DNA of 64,000 nt from Eubacteriales bacterium (GCA_045580325.1 JAZNNR010000017.1:5682-69681), one strand, 5' to 3'; counted from the first letter of the stretch, positions 28,553 to 38,544 are shown. The notes: generated by a model not told the origin, from the letters alone. Program-made: numbers and translations.

Positions 28553-29842
28553 ATGCAACAGGATATGATTCTTATCATTGACCTCGGAAGCGAAGAAAAT
28601 GCTATGCTCGCACGTGAGATCCGTGCCCTCGGAGTTTACAGCGAGATCCACCCCCACGACATTACAAAGAAAGAGCTCGAGGCTCTTCCCAACGTAAAGG
28701 GTATCATCTTAAACGGCGGAGTAAACCGCGTTGTTGACGGCGTTGAGATCGACGCATCCGAAGCAGTATATTCTTCGGGAATTCCCACGGTCGCTTTCGA
28801 CCACAAGGGTGCTCCCGCCTTCCCCGCAAGCGAAGAAGAAAGAAAGGCTCTTCTTTCCGATTTCGTATTTAACACCTGCAAGGCAGAGGCTAACTGGAAT
28901 ATGGAGAACTTCATAAACGACCAGGTTGAGCTTATACGCAGACAGGTTGGCGACGGTAAGGTCCTTCTCGCGCTTTCGGGCGGTGTTGACTCGTCGGTCG
29001 TTGCCGCGCTTCTCATCAAGGCTATCGGCGACAAGCTTACCTGCGTACACGTAAATCACGGTCTTCTCCGTCAGGGAGAGCCCGAGCAGGTAGTTCAGGT
29101 ATTCGGTAAGGAGCTCGGCGCAAACCTCGTTTACGTTGACGCTACCGACCGTTTCCTCGATAAGCTCGCAGGAGTGGCTGATTCCGAAAAGAAGAGAAAG
29201 ATAATCGGCGCAGAATTTATCCGCGTATTTGAAGAAGAAGCAAGAAAGCTCGACGGAATTTCCTTCCTCGCACAAGGAACTATCTATCCCGACATTATCG
29301 AAAGCGGAACAAAGACCGCAAAGGCTGTCAAGGCTCACCACAACGTCGGCGGACTTCCCGACGATCTTCAGTTCGAGCTCGTTGAGCCCCTCAAGATGCT
29401 CTTCAAGGACGAAGTACGTGCGTGCGGCGCGGCTCTCGGTCTTCCCGACAATATGGTTTACCGTCAGCCCTTCCCCGGCCCCGGACTCGGAGTACGCTGC
29501 CTTGGTGCGATCACACGCGACCGTCTTGAAGCAGTACGCCTTTCGGACGCTATACTGCGCGACGAATTTGCTAAAAACGGACTTGCAGGCAAGGTATGGC
29601 AGTATTTCACGGCTATTCCCGACTTCCGTTCTGTCGGCGTAAGAGATAACGCAAGATGCTACGACTGGCCTGTAATTATCCGCGCGGTAAACACTATCGA
29701 CGCGATGACAGCTTCGATCGAAGAGATCGACTACGCTATCCTTCACAAGATCACAAACAGAATACTTAACGAAGTTCCCGGTGTAAACCGCGTGCTTTAT
29801 GACCTGTCGCCCAAACCTGTGGCTACGATCGAATGGGAATAA
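28553..29842 (+). CDS. guaA: GMP synthase with an intact ATP-pyrophosphatase domain and a truncated, apparently inactive glutaminase domain
   Basis: SGGVDSSV P-loop, KRKIIG, HHNVGGLP and a C-terminal ...PVATIEWE. Only 429 aa, and the N-domain lacks the G-C-Y-G-MQ nucleophile region. Confidence 0.85.
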   Translation: MQQDMILIIDLGSEENAMLAREIRALGVYSEIHPHDITKKELEALPNVKGIILNGGVNRVVDGVEIDASEAVYSSGIPTVAFDHKGAPAFPASEEERKALLSDFVFNTCKAEANWNMENFINDQVELIRRQVGDGKVLLALSGGVDSSVVAALLIKAIGDKLTCVHVNHGLLRQGEPEQVVQVFGKELGANLVYVDATDRFLDKLAGVADSEKKRKIIGAEFIRVFEEEARKLDGISFLAQGTIYPDIIESGTKTAKAVKAHHNVGGLPDDLQFELVEPLKMLFKDEVRACGAALGLPDNMVYRQPFPGPGLGVRCLGAITRDRLEAVRLSDAILRDEFAKNGLAGKVWQYFTAIPDFRSVGVRDNARCYDWPVIIRAVNTIDAMTASIEEIDYAILHKITNRILNEVPGVNRVLYDLSPKPVATIEWE

Positions 29843-29896
29843 AATCCAATCGGCTTGTGGTCGCTTTATAACGATAATGATGTGAAAGGAAACACT

Positions 29897-30361
29897 ATGA
29901 AGTTTACATTTCAATCTTTGCAAGATGACAATCTGATCGGCGGAAGCTCGTATTTTATGGATTTCGGAGAGATGAACTCGCAAGAAGATGCCGCAATAGC
30001 AGAAGGAAAACTGCTTTCGGCCTTTGGCGAACCCGAGTTCACAAGCGAGAATTATGAAAACTCCTTCAACTATATCATTCGTGCCACTGCCGAAGAAGGC
30101 GATAGTGTGATATTGACTGTTTATGGCATGGGAGTTGTTCATATAGGCGCTGACAGACAGGATGATTTTGCCCAAAAGGCCGCATCTGCTCTGATAGAAT
30201 ACGTAAATTCTTTTTTGCCCGCAGATTACAGCCGCACAGTTTATTACTTGGATTATGATTTGCAAATTGATATTCAGGTAAAGAATGGTAAGGTTACAAT
30301 TGAAGAGTCCCAAATATCAGAAGAAAAATCATCTGAATTATTTGATAAATTCTATACGTGA
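29897..30361 (+). CDS. hypothetical protein
   Basis: ATG at 29897 after AAAGGA. 154 aa, acidic, no recognisable domain. Confidence 0.45.
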   Translation: MKFTFQSLQDDNLIGGSSYFMDFGEMNSQEDAAIAEGKLLSAFGEPEFTSENYENSFNYIIRATAEEGDSVILTVYGMGVVHIGADRQDDFAQKAASALIEYVNSFLPADYSRTVYYLDYDLQIDIQVKNGKVTIEESQISEEKSSELFDKFYT

Positions 30362-30658
30362 TTTTGTGATACCATTTTGATACCGTTTTTTCGTAGACAC
30401 CATATACGAAGCGTAAAAAGGCGGTCAAATCCCAGAAAAAATGCGTAAAAAGACCTAAATTCACTCAATATACTGCTAATTTAAGCGAGTGGGAGTGAGA
30501 AAATAACATTCAAGCGGCTTGGAATCGTTTGGTTTCAAGCCGCTTTTGGTAAAACAACCATCTCGTTTGAAAACATCTTTTAAAGCAGTTTGACGGCATA
30601 GTGTGAATAAAGGCGAGAAATCCAAATAAAATGATAATAAATAAAAGGAGAAAATGCT

Positions 30659-31948
30659 GTGAAAAACAATTCCGGAAAGAAAGCTGTTGCTTTATACGTT
30701 ATTTTATCAATTGCCTTTGCGATACCGGCACTCGTGCCGCTTTGGGTTATTCGCAGACCTATTTGGATACTAGTGTATTGCCTGTTTTTCTACATATACA
30801 TACACATAGCCGTATCATTTGCTACTAGAATAGCGATTTGGCCTTCGTTAGTTAAAGAACTCGACGCTGAAAAATATGCCGCTATCGTTAACACCAGGCT
30901 GTTTCGTGCTCGTCATTCGAACAAACTAGGTTTGTATTTGGCAACCGGTGACCATCAAGGTGCATATAATATAATTTCTTCCCTTTCACTCAAGCACAAA
31001 AGCTATAAACAAAGAGTTTACGGACATTTTTGGCTCTGCCGTATTTGCTTTGAGCGCGGGGATTATGAGGGATTAAAGGAAAATGTTGATCAAATTGAAA
31101 ACTACCGCAAATACAATCCATCCATAAAGCTTAGCAAATATGATCAAGCGGTATATGACTTTTACCGCGCATTTTCTAATGCCGACTACCTATCTGCTTG
31201 TGAAATTTTAGAAAAAAGCATTGAAAAATATTCACAAAAGAAAATGTACAATTATACCACCTTGTTTCGAAGGTATCAATTGGCCGTTACAAAGAAAATG
31301 AGTGGCGATACTAATGAAGCTATTACACTTTTTGAGGAAATCAGGGACAGAGCTCCCAAGCTGTTCCTTTCAACACTTGCCCAAAGGCAGCTTGAATATA
31401 TTTCAGGAACGCTTGAAGAAACAGTCCCCGAGCCCTTAGAGGTTACAGAAAATATTTCCGGTAAGCCTTCTAAAAAATCACGAATTTCCCGAGGCTTTGT
31501 TTACCTTTGGTGTCTTGTTTGTGTGATTTTTCTGATCATATCGGAAATTCTACTGCACCTGGACAAACCGAATCAAGAAAACAAGAATCCGGAGTATATT
31601 GCCAAAATTGAAAGCACGCTCTATGACGACTATAAGCAATATCAGATTTTAGGATATTTCAGTATTTACCCGGAATATGGTGATACAGAGTCGGTCGATT
31701 CTGTCTTTTTGGTTGAATCTGACGGAAAGATAGATCTGCATACACTTTACAAAGTAGGCGAAGAACGCGGAAACAACCTGAACGTAAAGGATATTCAAGT
31801 TGACAAAACATACGTCTATGAAAATGTCTTTTCAAAGAAGATAGAATTCGTTTTAACTAAGAAGAAATACAATATTCCCAATAATGCAAAATATTATTGT
31901 GAAATAGACGGATATTATTTCTGTCTGATAGGCGTGTCAGATTCTTGA
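30659..31948 (+). CDS. membrane protein with TPR-like cytoplasmic region and extracellular C-terminal domain, function unknown
   Basis: GTG start 8 nt after AAGGAG. Two N-terminal TM helices and one central TM helix. AT-rich relative to its neighbours by eye. Confidence 0.5.
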   Translation: MKNNSGKKAVALYVILSIAFAIPALVPLWVIRRPIWILVYCLFFYIYIHIAVSFATRIAIWPSLVKELDAEKYAAIVNTRLFRARHSNKLGLYLATGDHQGAYNIISSLSLKHKSYKQRVYGHFWLCRICFERGDYEGLKENVDQIENYRKYNPSIKLSKYDQAVYDFYRAFSNADYLSACEILEKSIEKYSQKKMYNYTTLFRRYQLAVTKKMSGDTNEAITLFEEIRDRAPKLFLSTLAQRQLEYISGTLEETVPEPLEVTENISGKPSKKSRISRGFVYLWCLVCVIFLIISEILLHLDKPNQENKNPEYIAKIESTLYDDYKQYQILGYFSIYPEYGDTESVDSVFLVESDGKIDLHTLYKVGEERGNNLNVKDIQVDKTYVYENVFSKKIEFVLTKKKYNIPNNAKYYCEIDGYYFCLIGVSDS

Positions 31949-31966
31949 TCATTCGTTTATAACATT

Positions 31967-32041
31967 AAAAACGGCTTGGAAGCAAACTTCCAAGCCGTTT
32001 TTTATTATTTTATCAGCGCAAGTTCTTTTTCCTCGTCTGCC
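31967..32041. repeat. 75-bp direct repeat, copy A (duplicate of the 33467 gene 3' end plus terminator)
   Basis: AAAAACGGCTTGGAAgcaaacTTCCAAGCCGTTTtttATTATTTTATCAGCGCAAGTTCTTTTTCCTCGTCTGCC. Identical to 33430-33503 except for the hairpin loop and one T/C. Confidence 0.9.
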
Positions 32042-32195
32042 CGTGCAACCTTTTTGTATTTTTATACTGGTTCACACATTTTTCGAAAAATATGTTATAA
32101 TTATAAAAAGTTTTCTTCTTTTTTGCCACCAATGCCTAAAAAAACGTACTTATTGAGTGAAAGCGCTTTTAAGTAAAACAAAGGAGGTGAACAAC

Positions 32196-32750
32196 ATGGA
32201 TGATCTGAGTATCATTGAACTGTATTTTGCAAGAGATGAACAAGCGATCAAAGAGACGGATGTCAAATATGGAAAGCTCTGTCGCAGTATTGCTTACAAC
32301 ATCTTGAACAACAAAGAGGATTCCGAGGAGTGTGTAAACGACACATATATCGGAGTTTGGAACGCTATCCCGCCGACAAGACCGAAAAACTTTATGGGAT
32401 TTATCTGTAAGATCACGCGCAATCTGTCCTTGAAGCGCGTCGAAACCATGGCTCGTCAAAAAAGATCACAAGCGACGGTAATATCTCTCGACGAGCTTGC
32501 CGAGATATTGCCGGACGAGAGCATTGGAAAAGATGTGAGTAACGAAAACATTACCGAGTTGATAAGCGAATTTCTGCGGAAAGAAAAAGCTGATGTTCGA
32601 AACGTGTTTATTCGCAAATACTATTTCTTTGATTCTGTGGGTGAAATTGCCGAGAGATATGGTTTTACCGAAGACAAGATCAAGAGTATGTTGTATCACA
32701 CCCGAAAAAAACTAAAAGATTACTTAATCAAGGAGGGCGTTGTAATATGA
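32196..32750 (+). CDS. ECF-type sigma-70 family RNA polymerase sigma factor
   Basis: ATG at 32196 after AAGGAGGTG. Region 2 is ELYFARDEQAI...EECVNDTYIGVW; region 4 is near the C-terminus. Confidence 0.85.
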   Translation: MDDLSIIELYFARDEQAIKETDVKYGKLCRSIAYNILNNKEDSEECVNDTYIGVWNAIPPTRPKNFMGFICKITRNLSLKRVETMARQKRSQATVISLDELAEILPDESIGKDVSNENITELISEFLRKEKADVRNVFIRKYYFFDSVGEIAERYGFTEDKIKSMLYHTRKKLKDYLIKEGVVI

Positions 32751-33427
32751 AAACACCGAGAATTTCAGAAGCATTCGGGAACATCCCCGAAGATCTGATA
32801 AGTGAAGCTGTAACATATAAAGGAGCAAGTAAGAAGAAATCTTTCATCAAGTGGGGAGCTATTGCGGCTTGCCTATGTTTGATCGTAACGGGCGGCTTTT
32901 TCGGATATCTGTTTAGTTCTCCCGACAGTTCTCCCGACACACCAAACAACGAAAACAACATCATGTCGTTTTTTATGATAACTGCTCACGCAGCTAATGG
33001 GGAATCAACCGATTTGAGTTTTGCCGATAGTTGTTTGAATTCAAGCGTGGGAGGGAGCAATATTTTTGGAGTTGATATGCCATTGTTTAATTTTTCTGTT
33101 AGACCAACGGATTTTGAAGGCAATGAAGCTTTATACGAACGATTTGACATCTCCGTTTCCTATAATGGAATTCCTGTTACGGACAAAATCGAACACATTC
33201 TGATTGGTTATGACATTTCTATTCCGCCTTCCAACGAACCGTGGTCTTGGTCTATCAGTGGTTGGTTTACTGAACCAACGGATATTATAGTAAATATTCT
33301 TGACAAAGAAAGCCATGAGATTGTTGAAACGATTACGGTAAATGTAAATTATTTAGCGGACAAACAGGAGTACGAACTTAAAGTCACTAACTTAACCACC
33401 AAGTTTCCCGAACAACAAGGAGCTTAA
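32747..33427 (+). CDS. putative anti-sigma factor (single-pass membrane protein)
   Basis: ATGA overlap with the sigma gene. Short cytoplasmic N-terminus, one TM helix (WGAIAACLCLIVTGGFFGYLF) and an extracytoplasmic domain. Confidence 0.55.
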   Translation: MKTPRISEAFGNIPEDLISEAVTYKGASKKKSFIKWGAIAACLCLIVTGGFFGYLFSSPDSSPDTPNNENNIMSFFMITAHAANGESTDLSFADSCLNSSVGGSNIFGVDMPLFNFSVRPTDFEGNEALYERFDISVSYNGIPVTDKIEHILIGYDISIPPSNEPWSWSISGWFTEPTDIIVNILDKESHEIVETITVNVNYLADKQEYELKVTNLTTKFPEQQGA

Positions 33428-33429
33428 CC

Positions 33430-33503
33430 AAAAACGGCTTGGAATTCACTTCCAAGCCGTTTCTTATTATTTTATCAGCGCAAGTTCTTTTTCCTCGTCT
33501 GCC
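33430..33503. repeat. 75-bp direct repeat, copy B (the genuine gene 3' end plus terminator)
   Basis: See 31967-32041. It overlaps the last 12 codons and stop of the 33467..34300 gene. Confidence 0.9.
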
Positions 33504-34300
33504 ACTTGTGCTTTTTTGTTTTTCTTGCAAATCGCGTAATAAACGCCGTAAAAAGCAACTATGTAAACTACAAACAGTCCAACGACCATAAGCGGATACG
33601 CCACCTTGTTTCCGCCGACCAGATCATAGACGATCTTGTAGGGCGTGCCGTCGTGGTTCATCAGGAACATATAATTGTAATCAATAAGTATATTTACGAC
33701 GTATGCGAGCACACAGAAGACCGAAAGAACTGTGCAGGTTCCCGCGATATTCTTCTTTTTCATGCTGTGCATACCGCTTATCATTATGTAGAGCGACGCA
33801 AATCCCGAAATCGAATGGGTAATGCCCGACGAAACGTTGTCAAGCGAGAAAATGGGATAAGCACTGTAGTTTTGTGCCGCACCGTACGTACCGACGATAG
33901 CCCCCAAAATACCGAAGATCATAACGAAGTCAAGCGCGATCTCTTTGAGTCTTCCCCTACTGAACGCCGCGAGCGGAAGTGCAAAGAGCTGAATACTGCA
34001 CAAAAACAAGGGTAAGAGAGTTTGCCAGCGAGTCGGATCGTCAGGACTTCTGAGGCAGAGAATTACTATTTTGAAGATCTCAAAAGCGTCGATAAGAATT
34101 GCCGACCAAATTAAGACCCTGTTCTTTTCCCTGTCGGTCTTGTTTCTGAAAGCGCGTCCCAAAAGAACTGCCGAAACTGCCATTATAACAAGAAGACTTG
34201 TAACGAAGGTAAGGTGTTGCCAAGAATATGCGCCTGCGGGCTCACGGTAGTATGAAAGACCGTCTTCGCCCGAAAATCCCAAAAATTCTTTTATAAACAT
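33467..34300 (-). CDS. YwaF/TIGR02206-like integral membrane protein
   Basis: Start at MFIKEF (34300) after GAGGGAG. Polytopic, with an LLPLFLCS motif reminiscent of the LPLHLC signature. Confidence 0.5.
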   Translation of the reverse strand: MFIKEFLGFSGEDGLSYYREPAGAYSWQHLTFVTSLLVIMAVSAVLLGRAFRNKTDREKNRVLIWSAILIDAFEIFKIVILCLRSPDDPTRWQTLLPLFLCSIQLFALPLAAFSRGRLKEIALDFVMIFGILGAIVGTYGAAQNYSAYPIFSLDNVSSGITHSISGFASLYIMISGMHSMKKKNIAGTCTVLSVFCVLAYVVNILIDYNYMFLMNHDGTPYKIVYDLVGGNKVAYPLMVVGLFVVYIVAFYGVYYAICKKNKKAQVADEEKELALIK

Positions 34301-34488
34301 TTTTGTTCTCCCTCGACAGATAAATTTGAAAGGGTCTGCTACTTCGCATTGTATCATTTTTTGTCGAAAAAGTCAAGATGCGCGCTATACTCCGTTTTTT
34401 ATATTAATAAATTCTTTAACTTTTACCGTCTTTTAAATTAATAAAATTGCAGTTATAATATAAACAGAAAATTCAAAGGAGAAAACAA

Positions 34489-35184
34489 ATGTATAACATT
34501 CTGATCTGTGATGACGACCAAGATATTATAAATGCGCTGAAAATATATCTGTCAGACCCAAACTACAACATATTTGAAGCAAATAATGGTTTCGAGGCGC
34601 TTGAGATAATCTCAGGCACAGAGATACACCTCATACTTATGGACATAATGATGCCAAGTATGGACGGAATTTCAGCGATGATAAAAATACGCGAGCATAG
34701 TAACGTTCCTGTTATATTGATAACCGCCAAAAGTGAGGACAGCGACAAAATCCTCGGACTTAATGCAGGCGCAGACGATTATATAACGAAACCGTTTAAT
34801 CCGATCGAAGTAAGTGCGCGTGTGCATTCACAGCTGAGAAGATACCTTCAGCTCGGTTCGGGTAAACTGACTCCGCAAATACTTGTCATAGGCGGTATAG
34901 AGCTTAATGACGACGCCAAAACGGTAACGCGCGACGGTCAGACGGTTTTATTAACACCAACCGAATACGAAATACTTAAGCTTCTTATGTCAAATCCCGG
35001 TAAAGTATATTCTCCAAAAGACATTTACAGAAATATATGGCGAGAAAATCCTCTTAACACCGATAATACTATCGCCGTGCATATTAGGCACATACGCGAA
35101 AAAATAGAGATAAATCCCGCCGAGCCAAGATACCTTAAAGCAGTTTGGGGACACGGATACGTTATGGAAGGAGAAAAGAAATGA
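34489..35184 (+). CDS. OmpR-family response regulator
   Basis: REC domain (ILICDDD, LILMDIMMP, ITAK) plus a winged-helix domain (TPTEYEILKLL..., VWGHGY). Confidence 0.92.
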   Translation: MYNILICDDDQDIINALKIYLSDPNYNIFEANNGFEALEIISGTEIHLILMDIMMPSMDGISAMIKIREHSNVPVILITAKSEDSDKILGLNAGADDYITKPFNPIEVSARVHSQLRRYLQLGSGKLTPQILVIGGIELNDDAKTVTRDGQTVLLTPTEYEILKLLMSNPGKVYSPKDIYRNIWRENPLNTDNTIAVHIRHIREKIEINPAEPRYLKAVWGHGYVMEGEKK

Positions 35185-37136
35185 AACATTTATACAGAAC
35201 ACTTCCTATAAAGATAATTTGCTTTATACTGTGCATAATAATGCTTGCTCTTACTATCGCAAGTGCGTTCGGAATATTCGGTCTTTTTGCGCTTGAAGTT
35301 TATACAAAATCCGAGGAAGATGTCTTTGAAAGCCTATCATACAGCATGCTTCGCGGCGACGCTTACAATATAGTGTTTTATAATTTAGTTCCCGAGGCGT
35401 ACAGCTTAAATTACCGTTTTCCTTTTGAAAATGACAGCTCCAACGTTCGTTTTCGGCTTGTTTCTCCTTCCGATGAGGTAATAGCTACAAATATCGGTTC
35501 TGTCGAATCAGAGCACTCGAGCCGACAATATAAATTTCCTTTTGAGGTGGTTTACAGTTATGACGAAAGCTCTCAAACAAATGTGATCTCAGCTATAAAC
35601 GCCATAGACCGCATTACAAATCAAGAAAACATATACACGCTTGAGCTATATCTCGAAGAAAATCTTCCTGTAAACGATCGCTATACTCTTGTTAATACCG
35701 CTATTCATGCAGCATATTCCCTGCGATACTGGATATATGTTATAGGTGTATTTGCGCTCGCGCTCTTGACCATTTGCTTTATAACGCTTATGTGCGGCTC
35801 TGCAAGAAGACCGGGCTCCGATCGACTGCATCCCGGCCCGCTTAATAAAATTCCGTTTGACCTGCTGCTCGCAATAGTTTCGACTCTTTTTATCGCGTCA
35901 ATATACCTTATTGACTTGTTTTATACGGGAGAAGCTCTGATGATGACGGCAGTAATCATACTGTGTGTACTTGCAGTCATAGTAGGCTTAGGACTTTGCA
36001 TGAGTGTTGCTGCACGAATAAAGCAGCACAGTCTTTTAAAAAACACGGCTTGCTATATGCTTATTAAATTTTTATGGAAAGCAATCGTGTGGACTGCAAA
36101 AATGATAAAAAGGGGCGCGCTCTCACTGTTTGAGCTTGTTATGAGCATTCCTCTCATTTGGCGAACGCTGTTCGTAGTGGCTTTTTCGGTAGCTCTTGAC
36201 TTTTTGATAATCATTCTTGCTTTTTCGGGCAAAGATATTACAGTGTTTATATGGGCGGTTAAAAACATTATATTCGCGCTGACTGTTCTTTACGGAGCGA
36301 TGTTTATGAGAAAGCTTCAAAAAGGCGGTAACGCCCTCGCTACCGGCGATCTTTCATACAAAACGGACACGTCAAATATGTTTTGGGATTTTAAAAAGCA
36401 CGGCGAAAATCTCAACAGCATAGCAACCGGAATGTCAAAGGCTATCGAAGAGCGTCTTTCAAGCGAGCGTATGAAAGCCGAGCTTATTACAAACGTATCA
36501 CACGATATAAAAACACCCTTGACCTCTATCATAAACTATGCAAATCTTATTTCAGAAGAAAAGTGCGGCTGTGAAAAACACAAGGAATATGCAGAAGTAC
36601 TAACAAGAAAATCCGAGCACCTAAAGCGCCTTCTTGACGACCTTGTCGAAATTTCAAAGGCTACGACGGGTAATCTTGAGGTGTCCCTATCCCCCTGTGA
36701 TGCAGGTGTTCTGTTAACGCAGGCATCGGGAGAGTTTGAACAAAAATGCGAGAGCGCAGGTCTTGAGCTTATAACGATCCAAAGTGAAAACAAGATAATG
36801 ATAATGGCAGATAGCAGAAGAATATGGCGTGTTTTTGAAAATCTTATGAATAATGCCTGCAAATATTCCCTGCCCGGCTCGCGCGTGTATCTCACTCTCG
36901 CCGAAGAAAAGGGAGAAGCTCTGTTTATTTTCCGAAACACCTCGCGAAATATTCTGAATATATCTCCGAGCGAGCTTACAGAAAGATTCGTTCGCGGAGA
37001 TTCTTCACGAACTACCGAAGGAAACGGGCTCGGACTCTCTATCGCGCAAAGCCTTACCGAGCTTCAAAACGGCAAAATGGATATTACTATCGACGGTGAT
37101 CTTTTCAAGGTAACCTTGAGATTTCCCATAATATAA
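35181..37136 (+). CDS. sensor histidine kinase
   Basis: ATGA overlap with the RR gene. Multi-TM sensor region, H-box ITNVSHDIKTPLTSI, then N and G boxes (NNACKYS, GNGLGLSI). Confidence 0.9.
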   Translation: MKHLYRTLPIKIICFILCIIMLALTIASAFGIFGLFALEVYTKSEEDVFESLSYSMLRGDAYNIVFYNLVPEAYSLNYRFPFENDSSNVRFRLVSPSDEVIATNIGSVESEHSSRQYKFPFEVVYSYDESSQTNVISAINAIDRITNQENIYTLELYLEENLPVNDRYTLVNTAIHAAYSLRYWIYVIGVFALALLTICFITLMCGSARRPGSDRLHPGPLNKIPFDLLLAIVSTLFIASIYLIDLFYTGEALMMTAVIILCVLAVIVGLGLCMSVAARIKQHSLLKNTACYMLIKFLWKAIVWTAKMIKRGALSLFELVMSIPLIWRTLFVVAFSVALDFLIIILAFSGKDITVFIWAVKNIIFALTVLYGAMFMRKLQKGGNALATGDLSYKTDTSNMFWDFKKHGENLNSIATGMSKAIEERLSSERMKAELITNVSHDIKTPLTSIINYANLISEEKCGCEKHKEYAEVLTRKSEHLKRLLDDLVEISKATTGNLEVSLSPCDAGVLLTQASGEFEQKCESAGLELITIQSENKIMIMADSRRIWRVFENLMNNACKYSLPGSRVYLTLAEEKGEALFIFRNTSRNILNISPSELTERFVRGDSSRTTEGNGLGLSIAQSLTELQNGKMDITIDGDLFKVTLRFPII

Positions 37137-37147
37137 TTTTATACAAA

Positions 37148-37180
37148 CAAACTCCCGAGCTCGCTTAAGCTCGGGAGTTG
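37148..37180. terminator. bidirectional terminator between the HK gene and patB
   Basis: AACTCCCGAGC-tcgcttaa-GCTCGGGAGTT. Confidence 0.7.
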
Positions 37181-37184
37181 ATTA

Positions 37185-38393
37185 TCACGCGTTAAAGACA
37201 TATTTGTCAAGTCTGTCAAAGGCTTCCTTGACACGCGAGAGGGGCAATGCGAGGTTGACTCTCAGGTGGCAGGGCCCGTGGAACATACGACCGTCCTGAA
37301 GCGCAACTCCGACGTCCCACGCCGCCTTTTCAACGTCTTCGATAGTTTTAGAATGCTTTTCACACCATTTTGTGCAGTCAAGGAATATCATATAAGTTCC
37401 CTGCGGACGCGACACCTCTACGCCGTCAAAGTGCTTTTCCACATACTCACAAGCGTAGTCAACGTTGCCCTTAATGACCTTGCAAAGCTCGTCCACCCAC
37501 TCATAGCCTTCTTCCTTATATGCGCCGATGAGCGCGTGCATCGAAAGAACGTTCATAGAGTTGTAGTGCGAGAGCGACGACTCTTTACTTACTCTGTCGC
37601 GCAGCCATTTGTTATAGATTATGTGATAGCTTCCGACAAGTCCTGCGATATTAAAGGTCTTTGACGGAGCGTACGCCGCGACTGTACGCATCTTTGCATC
37701 CTCGTTTACGCTCTGAGTCGGGATATGACGGTGCGTGCCGAGGATAATATCCGACCATATTTCATCGGAAAAGACGAAAACATCGTGTTTCTTAAATATT
37801 TCCATCGCTTTTTCGATTTCCCAGCGCTCCCAGACACGTCCGCTCGGGTTATGCGGCGAGCAGAAAACCGTTGCGTGAATACTATATTTTACGATCTTTT
37901 CTTCCATATCGGCGTAGTCCATACGGAAAATTCCCTTTTCGTCCTTTACGAGCGGAGAATGAACGATATTATATCCGTTGTTTTCTATTGAGGACGTAAA
38001 ACCGATATATGTAGGCGAGTGAAGAAGAATATTATCCCCCTTCGAGCAAACGACGCCGAGTGTAGAGATAAGACAGCCAAGGACTCCGTTTTCGTAGCCT
38101 ATATGCTCACGGGAAAGACCCTCGATGCCGTTTCTTCTCCTTTGCCACTCGATAATAGAGTCAAAATACTCGTCGCGCGCCGAGAAATATCCATATGCGG
38201 GGTGGCTTATACGCTCGGTAAGTGCCTCTGTTATAGTGGGAACTACGGGGAAATTCATATCCGCGATCCACATCGGTATCACATCAAAGCCTTCCCTTGG
38301 GCTGCACGGAGCTATGCTTCCATTTCCGATAGCGTCGAGCGCGATCGCATCCTTGCCTGCGCGGTCCATAACACTGGTAAAATCGTACTTCAT
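37185..38393 (-). CDS. patB: MalY/PatB-family PLP-dependent C-S lyase (cystathionine beta-lyase type)
   Basis: 402 aa with aminotransferase class I/II features (CSPHNPSGRVW, SPSKTFN). Confidence 0.82.
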   Translation of the reverse strand: MKYDFTSVMDRAGKDAIALDAIGNGSIAPCSPREGFDVIPMWIADMNFPVVPTITEALTERISHPAYGYFSARDEYFDSIIEWQRRRNGIEGLSREHIGYENGVLGCLISTLGVVCSKGDNILLHSPTYIGFTSSIENNGYNIVHSPLVKDEKGIFRMDYADMEEKIVKYSIHATVFCSPHNPSGRVWERWEIEKAMEIFKKHDVFVFSDEIWSDIILGTHRHIPTQSVNEDAKMRTVAAYAPSKTFNIAGLVGSYHIIYNKWLRDRVSKESSLSHYNSMNVLSMHALIGAYKEEGYEWVDELCKVIKGNVDYACEYVEKHFDGVEVSRPQGTYMIFLDCTKWCEKHSKTIEDVEKAAWDVGVALQDGRMFHGPCHLRVNLALPLSRVKEAFDRLDKYVFNA

Positions 38394-38544
38394 TTACTTT
38401 ATACCTTCCAAATTAAAATTCCTTTTATTTTTTCGCATTTTTAGACATTTTAAGGATAACATTTTTAAGATTAAATGTCAAGGGATTTGTAAAACAAAAA
38501 AACGGGCGCACCCTTTTTGAGTACGCCCGCAGTTTAATTTAAGC

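Noticed and set aside
29855-33430. The AT-rich hypothetical/TPR/sigma segment as a defence island or prophage remnant
   Set aside because: I recognised no nuclease, ATPase, methyltransferase, integrase, phage structural or toxin-antitoxin signatures. Only an insertion footprint (the direct repeats) is supported, and it is reported separately.
30511-33465. The three GGCTTGGAA..TTCCAAGCC hairpins as integron attC sites delimiting gene cassettes
   Set aside because: There are no R''/R' core sites (RYYYAAC / GTTRRRY) and no extrahelical-base architecture. No intI integrase is present. They behave as ordinary terminators with U-tracts.
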